A DNA stretch of 64,000 nt, from assembly GCA_026914245.1 (NCBI GenBank), contig CP110439.1, positions 8,308,001 through 8,372,000 of the forward strand, read 5' to 3'. The notes below the pieces were generated by a model. That model did no database searches. It was not told the origin of the DNA and saw only the letters and a list, made by a program, of their open reading frames with translations. Below are positions 36,104 through 46,431 of this stretch, piece by piece; position 1 is the stretch's first letter; every line of letters starts with the position of its first letter. The translations under genes were made by a program, and so were the position numbers. This DNA is from Puccinia triticina. Taxonomy: Eukaryota.

Positions 36104-39100
36104 TTACTTCTGGTCAGGAAAGTCCTCACGAGAATAAAACCTTTTTACCTGATCCGCAGCGAAACGCCTTTTCAACTCCGTGCCGTCGAGCTCCGCAAGA
36201 ACATAGGAGCCGCCGGGAACCTGCTTCACGATGCGGTAGGGGCCGTTCCAGCGGTGGGCAAACAACTGCCCCCACTGCGTCTCCAAAGACCTGTTGAAGG
36301 CGAGCACTCGATCGCCAGGCTTGAGAGGTTCGCGAATTCTTGACGAGTGTTTCTCTTCCCAGTAGCGCAAGGAATCGCCGCGCGCGTCCATCAGCTTCTT
36401 GTAAGCAATACCCCGCGTTTCTTCACTGCGTTCCAATTGACGGGAGCGCGCGACGAGAAGATCCGAGGTGTCCTCGACTGCGTCCCAGTTGACGCCCAGA
36501 TATGATTCGATCTCGAGGTCCAAGGGTAGCACCGCCCGCCGACCAAAGACTAGCTCATAAGGTGAATAGCCAGTTGTCCTCTTGGTAGAAATCCGATCGG
36601 AAAAAAGCACCAACGGTAGATACTTGCGACAGTTTTTACCGCTTTCGCCGGCCAACTTGACTAACGCAGACTTCAGGGGCCCATGCCCACGCTCGACCAT
36701 ACCCTGACCTTCCGGGTAATAAGGAGTTGAGACTCGGTGTTGCCCCGGTAACGCGCGAAGCATTTCCGCTAGCGCGCCACCGAATTCTGATCCGCCATCG
36801 GTGGAATAGGATCGCGCTAGCCCGTATCTCATGGTCCAATTTTCTTGAAGGAAGGCTGCCACCGCTTCTGACGTGAGGTTGTTAAGGATTTTCGCCTCCA
36901 CCCAGCCGGTGAAGTCATCGCGCGCCACAATCAAAAACTTGGCTCCACTTGCCTTAAGATGTACCGCGTCCATCGCAACGCGCCCAAACACCGTAGACTC
37001 ACCTGTCGGATAGCGTAGCTCCTGAGGGCGCCTTAGATCCTTTTTCTGGCATGGTTCACAGCTCCGGCACCAGCGCTCAACTGATTGCTGAAGTGATGGC
37101 CACCAGAACCGCTCGGAAACTCGCCAATAGGTCTCCGCCGTGCCTCGGTGTGCAAGGTCTTCATGGAGCTTCTCGAGAATAGAATCCTGTTTAGCCGGGA
37201 TGGTGACCACAATGCGTGGCAGCGGACTACCCCACTTCATGAGGCGACCAGCTTGCAAGAAGAAATCAACAGATCGCCGCTTCAGAGCGCGAAATTCCCG
37301 CGCTTCCATGCCCTCGGGCCGCGTCAGCGTAGCCAAAAAATCCTCCATGCTTCGCCAAAATCCCTCCTGATACCCGGAATAACCCGTGGTCGCATCAACA
37401 GCAAAGGAATGCAATGGGCGAACGTGGGGGGTGTCTTCGTCGAACACAGAGGAGGGGGGATCCGAATCATCATCGCCTTGAGGACGCCGTGAGAGCCCAT
37501 CCGGCATAGTAAACGACTTGCCCGGCCGGTGAACAATATCAAACGAAAACAGATGGATGAACATTACCCAGCGCGTCATGGGGGCGTTAGGGAGACTAGG
37601 CGCATTAATCATTTGAATGAGAGATTGGGCGTCGACCTGAAGCTCGAAATGCTGGCCCCATAGGATCGTCTGGAGTTTCTTGAGGATGCGCGCAACACCA
37701 CAAAGCTCGAGTTTTGATTGGGAATAGCGCGATTCCACGTCAGAAAAGAGGAGAGATTCCTACAGAGCTGGGCAATCCAGACCATTCGAGTCCTCCTGAA
37801 AGAGGACCGCCCCGACCGCCTGAAAGCTCGAGTTGACCGCTAGCTTGATCTTCCCTGCATTGAGTCCATAATTAATCTTGACGAGCACAATGTCTTGTCC
37901 TACAATGCGCTTCAAATCCTCGAACGCCTCCCCGCAATCCTCCGTCCAGACAAAATCCACGTCCTTGCGTGTCAGACGGCGAAGCGGCAAACAAATCTGA
38001 GACAGATGGGGGATGAAGATTCTAACGTACACCACCACACCCAAAAATCCGCGCACCTCCGTCGCATTCACCGGAGTTGGCCAGGATAGAATTTTATTGA
38101 TCTTGGTCTTCGCCATACGCCGGCCCTCTTTACAGACAACGTGGCCTACGATTTCCAGCGCCGGAACGCACGCTGCCAGCTTGGATGCCGAGACCGTGAG
38201 ACCAGACTCTTTGATACAAAAAAAGATGCGCTTGAGGGTTTCCGCGTACTCCCAAATGAAACGACAAATCCCAGGATGCCAACTCAAAGCTTCATTATTG
38301 TAATCCGAGGTCGGGCCCTTGATGCCCCCGTCGTCTATGAAGATGCCCGCATGATCCGGAATCTCGTCTTGAAGGATCCAAACCATTTGAGCCTGGTACA
38401 CCGCAACGGAATTCGTTGCACCCTGCGGGAGTCTCGTCAGCTGGAAGCGTCCCAGCGGCGTGTCAAATGTCGTAAGAGGGCGGGAAATGGGATGCAGAGC
38501 GCGCTCATCATAGCCGCCCATAATATCCCCGAGACCGTAGCACGCACGCCCAGAGAAAGATTCTATGAATTCTTCCGTCGCCGGAGGTACTCCGGCGTCC
38601 TTAATGGTGACCTTGTTCAAGGGTTGCAAGTCGTGGACAATTCGCAGTTTGCCATTACTTTTGAGGACGCAAAACACCGGGCTGGTGTAACTCGAGGTCA
38701 ACTGCTCGTACAGGCCATTGCGCTCACGTTCCCGGACGATCTTAATGAACTCTTCCATCTTGGCAGCCGGGATGGGAATCTTCTTCTTCTGCCACGGCTC
38801 GTGCTGCACCACGGGAATTATGTAGGGGAGCCCATAAGATTCTTTGAGAAGACCCCGCTGAGACTCGTTGAAAGCAATGGCCGAGCCTCGCTCCGCTAGA
38901 ACATTTTTGATCAGGTCCAACTCCGCAGGCCACAGCCATCCAGACGGTCCGAAATTGACCACCTGGAGACTCTCCTCTGTAACTCGACCACGCGGCACGA
39001 ACGAACTAGCAAGAGATCTAGGGAGACCGCAATACGGGTCGCAGGACAAAGCGGGTCTTTGCAGCGGGGGATTGAGACTCTGAGGCATTGGTTGATTCAC

Positions 39101-40171
39101 GGGCTTGACCTTGCGCGCCACTGGTTTATATTTGGCGGCGAACGTGAGAAGCTCGCCCTTCTTCCATGAGTCGGCTAGATCCAGTTGAGCACAATTGCCG
39201 AGCCCTCGCTCCAGTAGCCTCCAAGTCCGGTGCTCCTTGACAGTTTCAAAAGCCGCTTTCTCTAAGAAGGAGGAACCAAAAAAAAGCTTATGGCTCACGA
39301 GAGTGGCTGAAGTAGGGTTTTGAAGACGTGTAGATAGACCCTCAGAGGTGCAACTATGGATGGAACTTACTTCTGTTCCTCCAAGCCTCCGCGGAATACC
39401 AAATTCCTTCCAATCCGTCCGGGTCTCTGTTTTCAGAGATGATAGTTTCACCTCATCCCAGAGGATCTTTAGTTTTCCCTCGTCGCGGAGGCTCGGAAGT
39501 TTAGCCTCATTGCGGAGGGTCTCGAAAGACAGAACTAGATTAACCTCATTACGGAGGTCCACAATGGGCAGGACAAGTTTATTCTCGTTGCGGAGACGTG
39601 ATTCCGTAGGTAGTTTATTCTCATTGCGGAGACGTGATTCCGTAGGTAGTTTATTCTCATTGCGGAGACGTGCCGAATGGGATGAAAAGCCACCTAGAAC
39701 AGGAAGTAGGATCGAAGAATGGGGGTGGCTCACGAGTGTGGCTGAAGTAGGGTTTTTGGCAACGAAGGTGGCATCTTGCCCGGAGGTGCATCTATGGAGA
39801 GAACTTACTTCTATCTCTCCAGACCTCCACAAAAGCCCTGTTTCCTCCTTCCCGCCTGGTCCACATCCAACGCGCGCCAATAATGAATCTTGAGATCTTG
39901 AGCTCGACGGGAAACTTGATGACAAAACTGATCGTGATTTACAGAATTCGAGATGAGTTTTGAAAAGGCTAGATGACCGAGAATCAAAGCTGAACAAAAT
40001 GTTTTTAAATTTTTCAGGAGTTTTTAATTGTTTTTGGATTTGTTGATTTTGAGAAGATGATAAAGAAAAGAAAGAAGTCGGACTGTGAGACTCTGAATTA
40101 ATAGTTGACTCCACGACAGGACTGCGAGACTCTAGATTAAGTCCGCTGCTTTCCGAGACAACTTGATCTAT
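36104..40171 (-). pseudogene. pol of D (linker, RT, RNase H, integrase) with one in-frame TAG
   Basis: ORFs 37760-40114 and 36104-37738 are in the same frame, split by PAL*ES (B has PVLYES); FIDD, TDGGSEF, WNGPY. Confidence 0.92.
39460..39672 (-). repeat. 36-bp in-frame tandem repeat (RLRNENKLPTES) in the D pol linker
   Basis: TTATTCTC(A/G)TTGCGGAGACGTG recurs three times at 36-bp spacing, followed by degenerate LRNE/LRDE copies. Confidence 0.85.
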
Positions 40172-42291
40172 AAAAAATGCCGGCCTTCAACGGGATCCTC
40201 CCGTGCTTTTCCCTTGCGGGTTAGAATCGCCTTACGACCGCTGCCAGGGAAGTCGCGCTCCCAACGTCCAGTTTCAAGGGAACAGAGCGAAATTTCAATG
40301 CGCAGACCGCTGGAATCCGGAAGGAGAATCTTCTCGCCAAAATGTCCCCCATATTCTAAAGTGACATTGAAATCCATGAGAAACGGTCGTCCAAGAATGA
40401 CGGGGCCGTCCATCCGAGTGATCCAAAAATGGCAGGTGCCCATCACCGTTTTTCCAATCTTGATGGGAACGTCCTCCGCGACTCCGACCAGCTCGCAGGC
40501 CTGGTTACCTATGCCGTACACGGCAGAACTGAAATTCACTCGAGGACTAAGGTTCAGTTTCGTCGCCTTAGCATCCGAGATTAGATTCAACTGGGAGCCT
40601 GAATCCACCAAGGGTGCCGCATTGCCTTCGTCCTCGCCAAGCAAACAGGGTAGATACCCCAGCGGGCAGGAATACAAACGATTCTCTTCCTCTTCAGGCG
40701 GAGACTCCTCCATGAGCGTTCCCAAAAGCACCTTCAGATCCTCCGAGTTGACCTCCACACGGCGCTTTGAGACCCAACGCTTCATACCGTCTGCAACCGC
40801 CGGTGCAACCGCACACAATTCCGCGACCGTGACCGTCAATGGGAGGTCGGAAATCCTCTGGAGCATGCCTTCCACGGCTTTCGGATGATCTTTGGCTATA
40901 CCCCTCTCGAATCTGACTTTTGAAGGGCCCGAGTCGGATTTAGCGGGCGCCGGCGCCGAACTAGGTTCCGTCCGTGCCGGTTGTGATGGCTGCGCGGCAG
41001 ACGAACGCTCGAAAAGCTCGGGTTCTACTTCCATGTCTTCGGCTTCGGATTCTGAACTAGGTGAAGGGGTTTTCTTTGGGGGTTTCCGGGCAGCAGAAGA
41101 TGGAACCGCCGGGGCCTTGTAAGGTTTAGGGGCCTCATGCTTCTTGCGCGCTGGATCGGATTGATAGGAGCCTGAAAAAGATTGAGAGGACACGGCAGGG
41201 GGATACCACGGATCCAAAGACCCGCAAGCTGCTCGATATTCAGTAGTCGCCGAGCTGGCCTGCGGTTGGAAGGATGCCACGACGTGGCGAATCGGACGAG
41301 AAGCATCGAACGGAATCAAGGCACCGTTTGGGAGGAAGAAGTTGGTACCTTTCTGCTCGACCAGCTTCTCCTCCTTATCCTTCTTGAGTTCGAAACAGCG
41401 GGCCGTGCCGTGGCCCTCGCGATGACAGTAATAACAGACTAACGGTCCGCGGGATGATGACGGAGTAGACGCAGCCGGTGTATTCGCAGACAACTCTTTC
41501 TTCAACCGCTGCTCGAAAGACTGAAGCATGCGTGAGATCTCGTCGACCGTAGCGGGAGTCTTAGGCTCAGAAGTCGCCTCCTTGGGCCTCCGGTCGGCCT
41601 CCATCTTGATCATAACGTCATTTGACTCTTTGAACATCAACGCCGCCGGCTGGGAAGCTGGGGTGACCTTTTCGGAGGTGAAAGCCACCTCCTCTTCCAT
41701 CTCCGCCTTTGCAGCGGCTCGCAGCTCCTTGAGCGCCGGCAGCAAATAGCGTCCATCCAGCGTCTTCACCATCTTCTTTTCCTTAATGAGGTACGTCTTC
41801 ATACGCTGCTGAAACCCGCTAGAGAAAGCAAAGAAAAAGTGATCCACCGCTAAGTCCTCCGATGAGAGATGCGCATACCGAATCAAATAGGATAAGACGA
41901 CATCAAACGTGGACTTGAAGGACCGATAGGCATCCAGAGTGGAGACCCCTCCCTTAGCGGCCCACGACTCCCAAAGCGCCTGCAAGTCGGCCACCGTGTA
42001 CCGAACGAGATCCACTTGACCCCATCGCTCGAGCATCTGTTCTTTGAGCGCTGGCCAGGATTTGCTCGTGTAACCGCTCATGTCCCAAACGGCGTCCTTG
42101 AGATCCTCAGTGCCGAGAAACGACGTCACTTGAAGAACCATATCCTCCTCCGAAGCCCCATCCAAATCGGCCGCAAGCTCATATTCTCGAAGAAAAGCCT
42201 CAACTCGCGTGCCCATGAACTTCAAAGACCGGTCTTGAGGTTTGATCTTGACTCGCCAACTAGCGGGTTGTCCAGCTGGTGAGTCTTCCAT
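40168..42291 (-). CDS. Gag-protease ORF of D (~707 aa from ATG 42291)
   Basis: CYYCHREGHGTARC; LVDSGS..ILGRPFL; ends HFL*. Confidence 0.9.
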   Translation of the reverse strand: MEDSPAGQPASWRVKIKPQDRSLKFMGTRVEAFLREYELAADLDGASEEDMVLQVTSFLGTEDLKDAVWDMSGYTSKSWPALKEQMLERWGQVDLVRYTVADLQALWESWAAKGGVSTLDAYRSFKSTFDVVLSYLIRYAHLSSEDLAVDHFFFAFSSGFQQRMKTYLIKEKKMVKTLDGRYLLPALKELRAAAKAEMEEEVAFTSEKVTPASQPAALMFKESNDVMIKMEADRRPKEATSEPKTPATVDEISRMLQSFEQRLKKELSANTPAASTPSSSRGPLVCYYCHREGHGTARCFELKKDKEEKLVEQKGTNFFLPNGALIPFDASRPIRHVVASFQPQASSATTEYRAACGSLDPWYPPAVSSQSFSGSYQSDPARKKHEAPKPYKAPAVPSSAARKPPKKTPSPSSESEAEDMEVEPELFERSSAAQPSQPARTEPSSAPAPAKSDSGPSKVRFERGIAKDHPKAVEGMLQRISDLPLTVTVAELCAVAPAVADGMKRWVSKRRVEVNSEDLKVLLGTLMEESPPEEEENRLYSCPLGYLPCLLGEDEGNAAPLVDSGSQLNLISDAKATKLNLSPRVNFSSAVYGIGNQACELVGVAEDVPIKIGKTVMGTCHFWITRMDGPVILGRPFLMDFNVTLEYGGHFGEKILLPDSSGLRIEISLCSLETGRWERDFPGSGRKAILTRKGKAREDPVEGRHFL

Positions 42292-42619
42292 CTTGTTACG
42301 CAGCCGGAGAGGGAAACGGGGAGTTGAAAAAAAAATAGGTGATCGGATCCGGGGTGGCTCACAGCAGTGGCAGATGTAATGCTTGACGACTCGTAGATAG
42401 AAACCCTGGAGGTGCAACTTTGGATGGAACTTACTTTTGTTCCTCCAAACCTCCGCGAACAAAAAAAACCAATTGCCTACGACGCCCGAAAGAGTCGTCC
42501 AAGATAAGGATCTAACAAACAGAGAAGAAAATCCGGAAGAAAGAATCGGAGAAACACTGAGATAAAGGATTTGAAAGAGAGAGCACCTCAACCGCCGATC
42601 GTCTCGAAATCCGCAAGGG

Positions 42620-42669
42620 CGAGACTGTAAATCTTGAGGTCGCTGGTTCGATCCCGGCTCGGGGGACCA
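42620..42669 (+). tRNA. 3' two-thirds of a mature tRNA-Tyr(GTA) copy; this is the extended PBS of D, not a tRNA gene
   Basis: Anticodon arm CGAGA-CTGTAAA-TCTTG, variable loop AGGTC, T-arm GCTGG-TTCGATC-CCGGC, acceptor strand TCGGGGG-A-CCA; ends 2 nt from the LTR. Confidence 0.85.
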
Positions 42670-43786
42670 AATGTGGAACTCCGACCGGTGCTGGGCCGTC
42701 GGCAGTTACTGGAAGGGAATGTGCGCTGCTAGGCGCTGCCTTCGAGGTGGTCCAAGGGAGATTCTAGGATTCGAGTGACAGCCAAAGTTTTTGGGGGGGG
42801 ATTTGTTATGAGACGACGGGGGGGTAGATTCCCGTCGGCGGTAATTTGTTTTGTTGAGGATCTGAGAGAAGCAGCCGGCGAACTGGGCCGGGAAACGTGA
42901 TCTAAAAGAAGAGGGGAAAGGATCGGCGCAGGCTGAGAGGAATGACTCAGAAACCCCGCGAGTATATCTGAACTAGGATCAATAAGCTTTCTGATTCGAA
43001 GTGACGAGATGATCTGATAAAATTTGGGTTCAGACAAAGTCTCATGCCGTCCCCTCCGCCTAAGCTCCGAAGAACTTAAACTTCAGGGATGATGACAATC
43101 TTGTGACAGGTCATCACAACCACCCGCGCGCCTACGCGCGCGCCACAACTGAAAAGGAAAGGACACAACAACTAAAAGGCTAAGAAAAAAAAACCAACCC
43201 ACCACACTCTAACCATCCAACGCGCGCAGTATGAAACAAAAGAGGAGACAACATGAAAGAAGAATTGAAACAACAAAGGAAGAAAAAGGAGGAGTAACAA
43301 ACATCTAAGAAAATAAGATCAAGGGGCCAAAAGAAAGAAAATCCGCCGGAAGGAAGCCGCTGGTCCTGAAACGCCTTGATGATTCCACCGCGCGCGACGC
43401 GCGCTGATTGATCTTGAGGACCCGCGAGCTGATGTCTTGACATCTGAAAGCTTGAGAAATCCGCCGCGCCACAGGCACCACGTAAATAGCCACCACAGCA
43501 TGTAATCTCACAAATTGCAGGGGAAAGGAGAGCTAGCTTTGAGAGATCAGTATCTCTGCCATCTACAACTGAGGGAAAAGAGGAGGAGAGATGAGAAGAG
43601 AGAAAGAGGACATACCTAGCTTTGAGAGATCAGTATCTCTGCAGAGCTAGGTAGGTGAGGAGGAGCCAGGACTATATGGGTCCTGCTCTGTGTCTTGTGA
43701 TATTTTTGTGACACCTTGGGAGGGGGCTCACAATATGTCACAGGGCCACAGGACAGGCGCCACCCCTGGGGTCTATGTGAGCCGCA

Positions 43787-44241
43787 TAGAGATGGCACTT
43801 GGCACCCGCCGGCGGGTACCCACCACACTTCAGCACATAATTCTATGCGCTTGCAGGTACCAATGGTGCAACAAGTACAATACATGTAATTGTATTTCAC
43901 TGTATCATATTGGAAAAATATCAAAATAAATGCATCTGTATTGTAATTTTTTCCAAAAACTGTACATATGTATCATTGGAATTGTTGGGTGAAACCAATA
44001 CAAAACGTATTTATTGTAATTGAATGTATCTGCATGAAAATATGATACAATGTATAGTCTATACAATACATGTATTGTAATTGTTGCAGCGTTGCAGGTA
44101 CCCATTGCGCCCGTGCAGCTCCCTGCATGTATTTTTACTAAAATGGATCCCCTGGCACCCGCGATGGGCGCCTGCAGGCGCGTAGAATTATGTGCTGAAG
44201 TATGACAGGTACCCGCTGGCGGGTGCCAAGTACCATCTCTA
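43787..44241. mobile_element. hAT-type MITE carrying a nested MITE
   Basis: TIR TAGAGATGG(C/T)ACTTGGCACCCG; 8-bp TSD GAGCCGCA; an uninterrupted copy lies at 62315-62528. Confidence 0.88.
43861..44094. mobile_element. AT-rich MITE with CAA..TTG ends
   Basis: ~28-bp imperfect TIR CAA(T/C)G(G/C)TGCAACAA(G/T)TACAATACATGTA; 7-bp TSD CAGGTAC (a 9-bp reading is also possible); absent from the 62315 copy. Confidence 0.75.
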
Positions 44242-46431
44242 GAGCCGCAGCTTCACAACTCCAAACCCGCTTTCCGGCCCTTGGGCCCCCAACCCCAGGG
44301 GAGCTCTCAATTCCCGACCGGTACATATCCGCGCGGGTATCCGCTCACACACGGAGGCATCCGCCAGCGGATACGGATTCCAGGAATTGGGAAAAAACGG
44401 CCTTGGATACCCAAACACAAGCGGGTATCCGGATTCAAATCAACCACCTCTATCACAGGCTACCTAGCTGTGGGGGCAGTATCTCTGGGAGGTACCCAGT
44501 TACCACACCTCTTTTTTCAAAAAAACTGGCACCTCATACCGCACCCGGCACTGCCGGACGGGTGTGCAGCGGGTTCAAGGGGTACCTGCCAAGTGGTGCG
44601 GGGTACCCCCCAACAGGTACCAATTGTTCATCTTTAGGGGAGGGGGAGGAGTGGGGCTACCAGGATTTGAACTGGGGACCTGCATGCCAAGAGCAGCTTG
44701 CAAGGGGTTGGCAATGGACTTCCCCCATAAATAGACCATCTTGGCCTCTTGGGTCATCTGACTTGATTCCCTTGCTTTGGGGGGCCTGGGTTGGCGCAAA
44801 GCACCCTTGCACAGAGCGTGATCTCCAAAGGAGGGACTTGAAGGTACACCACAGGCTGAATGGGTTGTCTTGGGGATGCATGTTGGGAGGTCATTTGGAT
44901 GCAACTCCTGTGGCAGAGCAAAAAGCATCCCCAGGATTCAAATAGTCAAACTACACGTTGGACATCTTTTCAAAATTGTCCTGAGGTTATCTTCTGGATG
45001 CTAAAAAGCCATCCTCAACTGCATCCTCAGGATGCATGTCTGCCCACCAAGACCACAAACAAGCCTAGACTCAGGCAGGATTGAACCACCAACCTCTAGC
45101 AACCCTGCTGGAAATCAATTGCCTTCTGCTACCCCCTGGTGACATTAGAGATGGCCATTTTGCACCTGTTGCTGATGTCACCGTGACATCAGCAACACCC
45201 CCACACCCGGGAGCAGGCAACCACATGAGCTGGTCAGCAAGCCCAAGAGGTTTAGGGACAGTACTGGCTGCTTTAGCAGCAAGGTGGGTGGTGTGGGAGA
45301 GCTTACCAACTTGCCTATCAACATTTCTCATGCGGAGGTTGCATGTGAAGTCATACATAATCCATGTAGCTTCACAAATTCCTCAAAGTGATCCTTGGGA
45401 CACCTTGATAAAGAGTGTCATGAGGATTGGTGTTCAAAATCCTCCTCAGGACAACTTTTCAAAGTGTATCCTGATGATGGGTTTTTCTGGGCTCAATGAT
45501 GCATCCTTGGGATGCTGTTGGTGCAGATGGGTCCTCAGGATGCTTGTGAGGGGGACCAATGGTGACATGGGTGTCCTCAGGACAGGGGTTACTTTTAAAC
45601 AAAAGAATCCTTGGGACAGGCCCAAATATTAGATACGGGTCCCTTGGTGTAATCACACAATTTTGGCATGAGGGATTTAACCCTTTTGGTGGGAGTATCC
45701 CGTTCCCCTTTCCGGTGTCTTCCCCCTTCAATTACTTCACACCTGTGGCACCAGATTGAAAGCCTGAATTTTCTCTTCCTTTTGGTGCCAATCAAATCTT
45801 TTTTCCTCCTCACACTGTTATCCCTTTCCCATTTTTGAGTGTTTTGCCACAACTGTGTATGTGAATTCCCCAAAATTCCATGTGGATTCAATTAAGATAC
45901 AGAATTCCATCCTCCAACCACCTCCGCTTCTGGGGGATGGCAAGACTTCCCCTTTGGTGTACTTTGCACCATTTCCAGAGTACATTGAAGCTGAGATGCT
46001 CAGCTATCCTCAGCGCTTCAGATCGCTGACTCACAATGAGTGCGCGCTGTGTAATGTCAATTTGATTAAAAAAGTTGGCCAAAAGCCACAATTTTCCTGA
46101 AGCTCTCACGCGGAAGAACCCCGAAAACTCATTAGTTGGGATTTGGGAATGGGAGATGCTTCGGATTGGGGTGCCGAGGTGCTCTGCACCCCCAGTCGCG
46201 CGAGGCTTTTAAGTCAGTGGGTCATCCTGATTAGCTAGTTCTCTGTCGCCTACATCCCACGAGGACCGATTCTCGCAAGAAACAAACCAGCACAGGGCGT
46301 GTTGGGATAGAATTTACATGAATACAAAAGGGTATGTCTGGATGTCAATATTTTCGCCTTGCGCGCATTTACTCAAGACTGACCGTTGGTTCAATCTCTG
46401 TAGACTTTCAACCATCTCGTGAGAGTAAACG

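Larger units (their letters stand above)
35079..43497 (-). mobile_element. Ty3/Gypsy LTR retrotransposon D (same lineage as B) inserted in the Copia LTR
   Basis: LTRs at 35079-35897 (819 bp) and 42672-43497 (826 bp), TGTGG..CCACA; 4-bp TSD GCGT/GCAT; PPT at 35898-35909; RT and IN visibly homologous to B. Confidence 0.95.
29336..43512 (-). mobile_element. Ty1/Copia LTR retrotransposon C (5' LTR split by element D)
   Basis: 781-bp LTRs: 29336-30116 and 34309-35078 + 43502-43512; 5-bp TSD AATTG; domain order gag-PR-IN-RT-RH. Confidence 0.95.

Noticed and set aside
37760..37762. Programmed stop-codon readthrough in D pol
   Set aside because: It lies mid-RNase H where B has Tyr; a nonsense mutation is the simpler explanation.
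38141..38899. Long antisense ORFs over D pol/gag (also 40163-40888)
   Set aside because: Expected shadow ORFs of GC-rich coding sequence.
42620..42669. Functional tRNA-Tyr gene
   Set aside because: It lacks the 5' acceptor strand and D-arm, has an encoded CCA and abuts an LTR, so it is a PBS.
44202..45632. ORFs of 247 and 183 aa
   Set aside because: They run across MITE fragments and decayed repeats and lack protein-like motifs.
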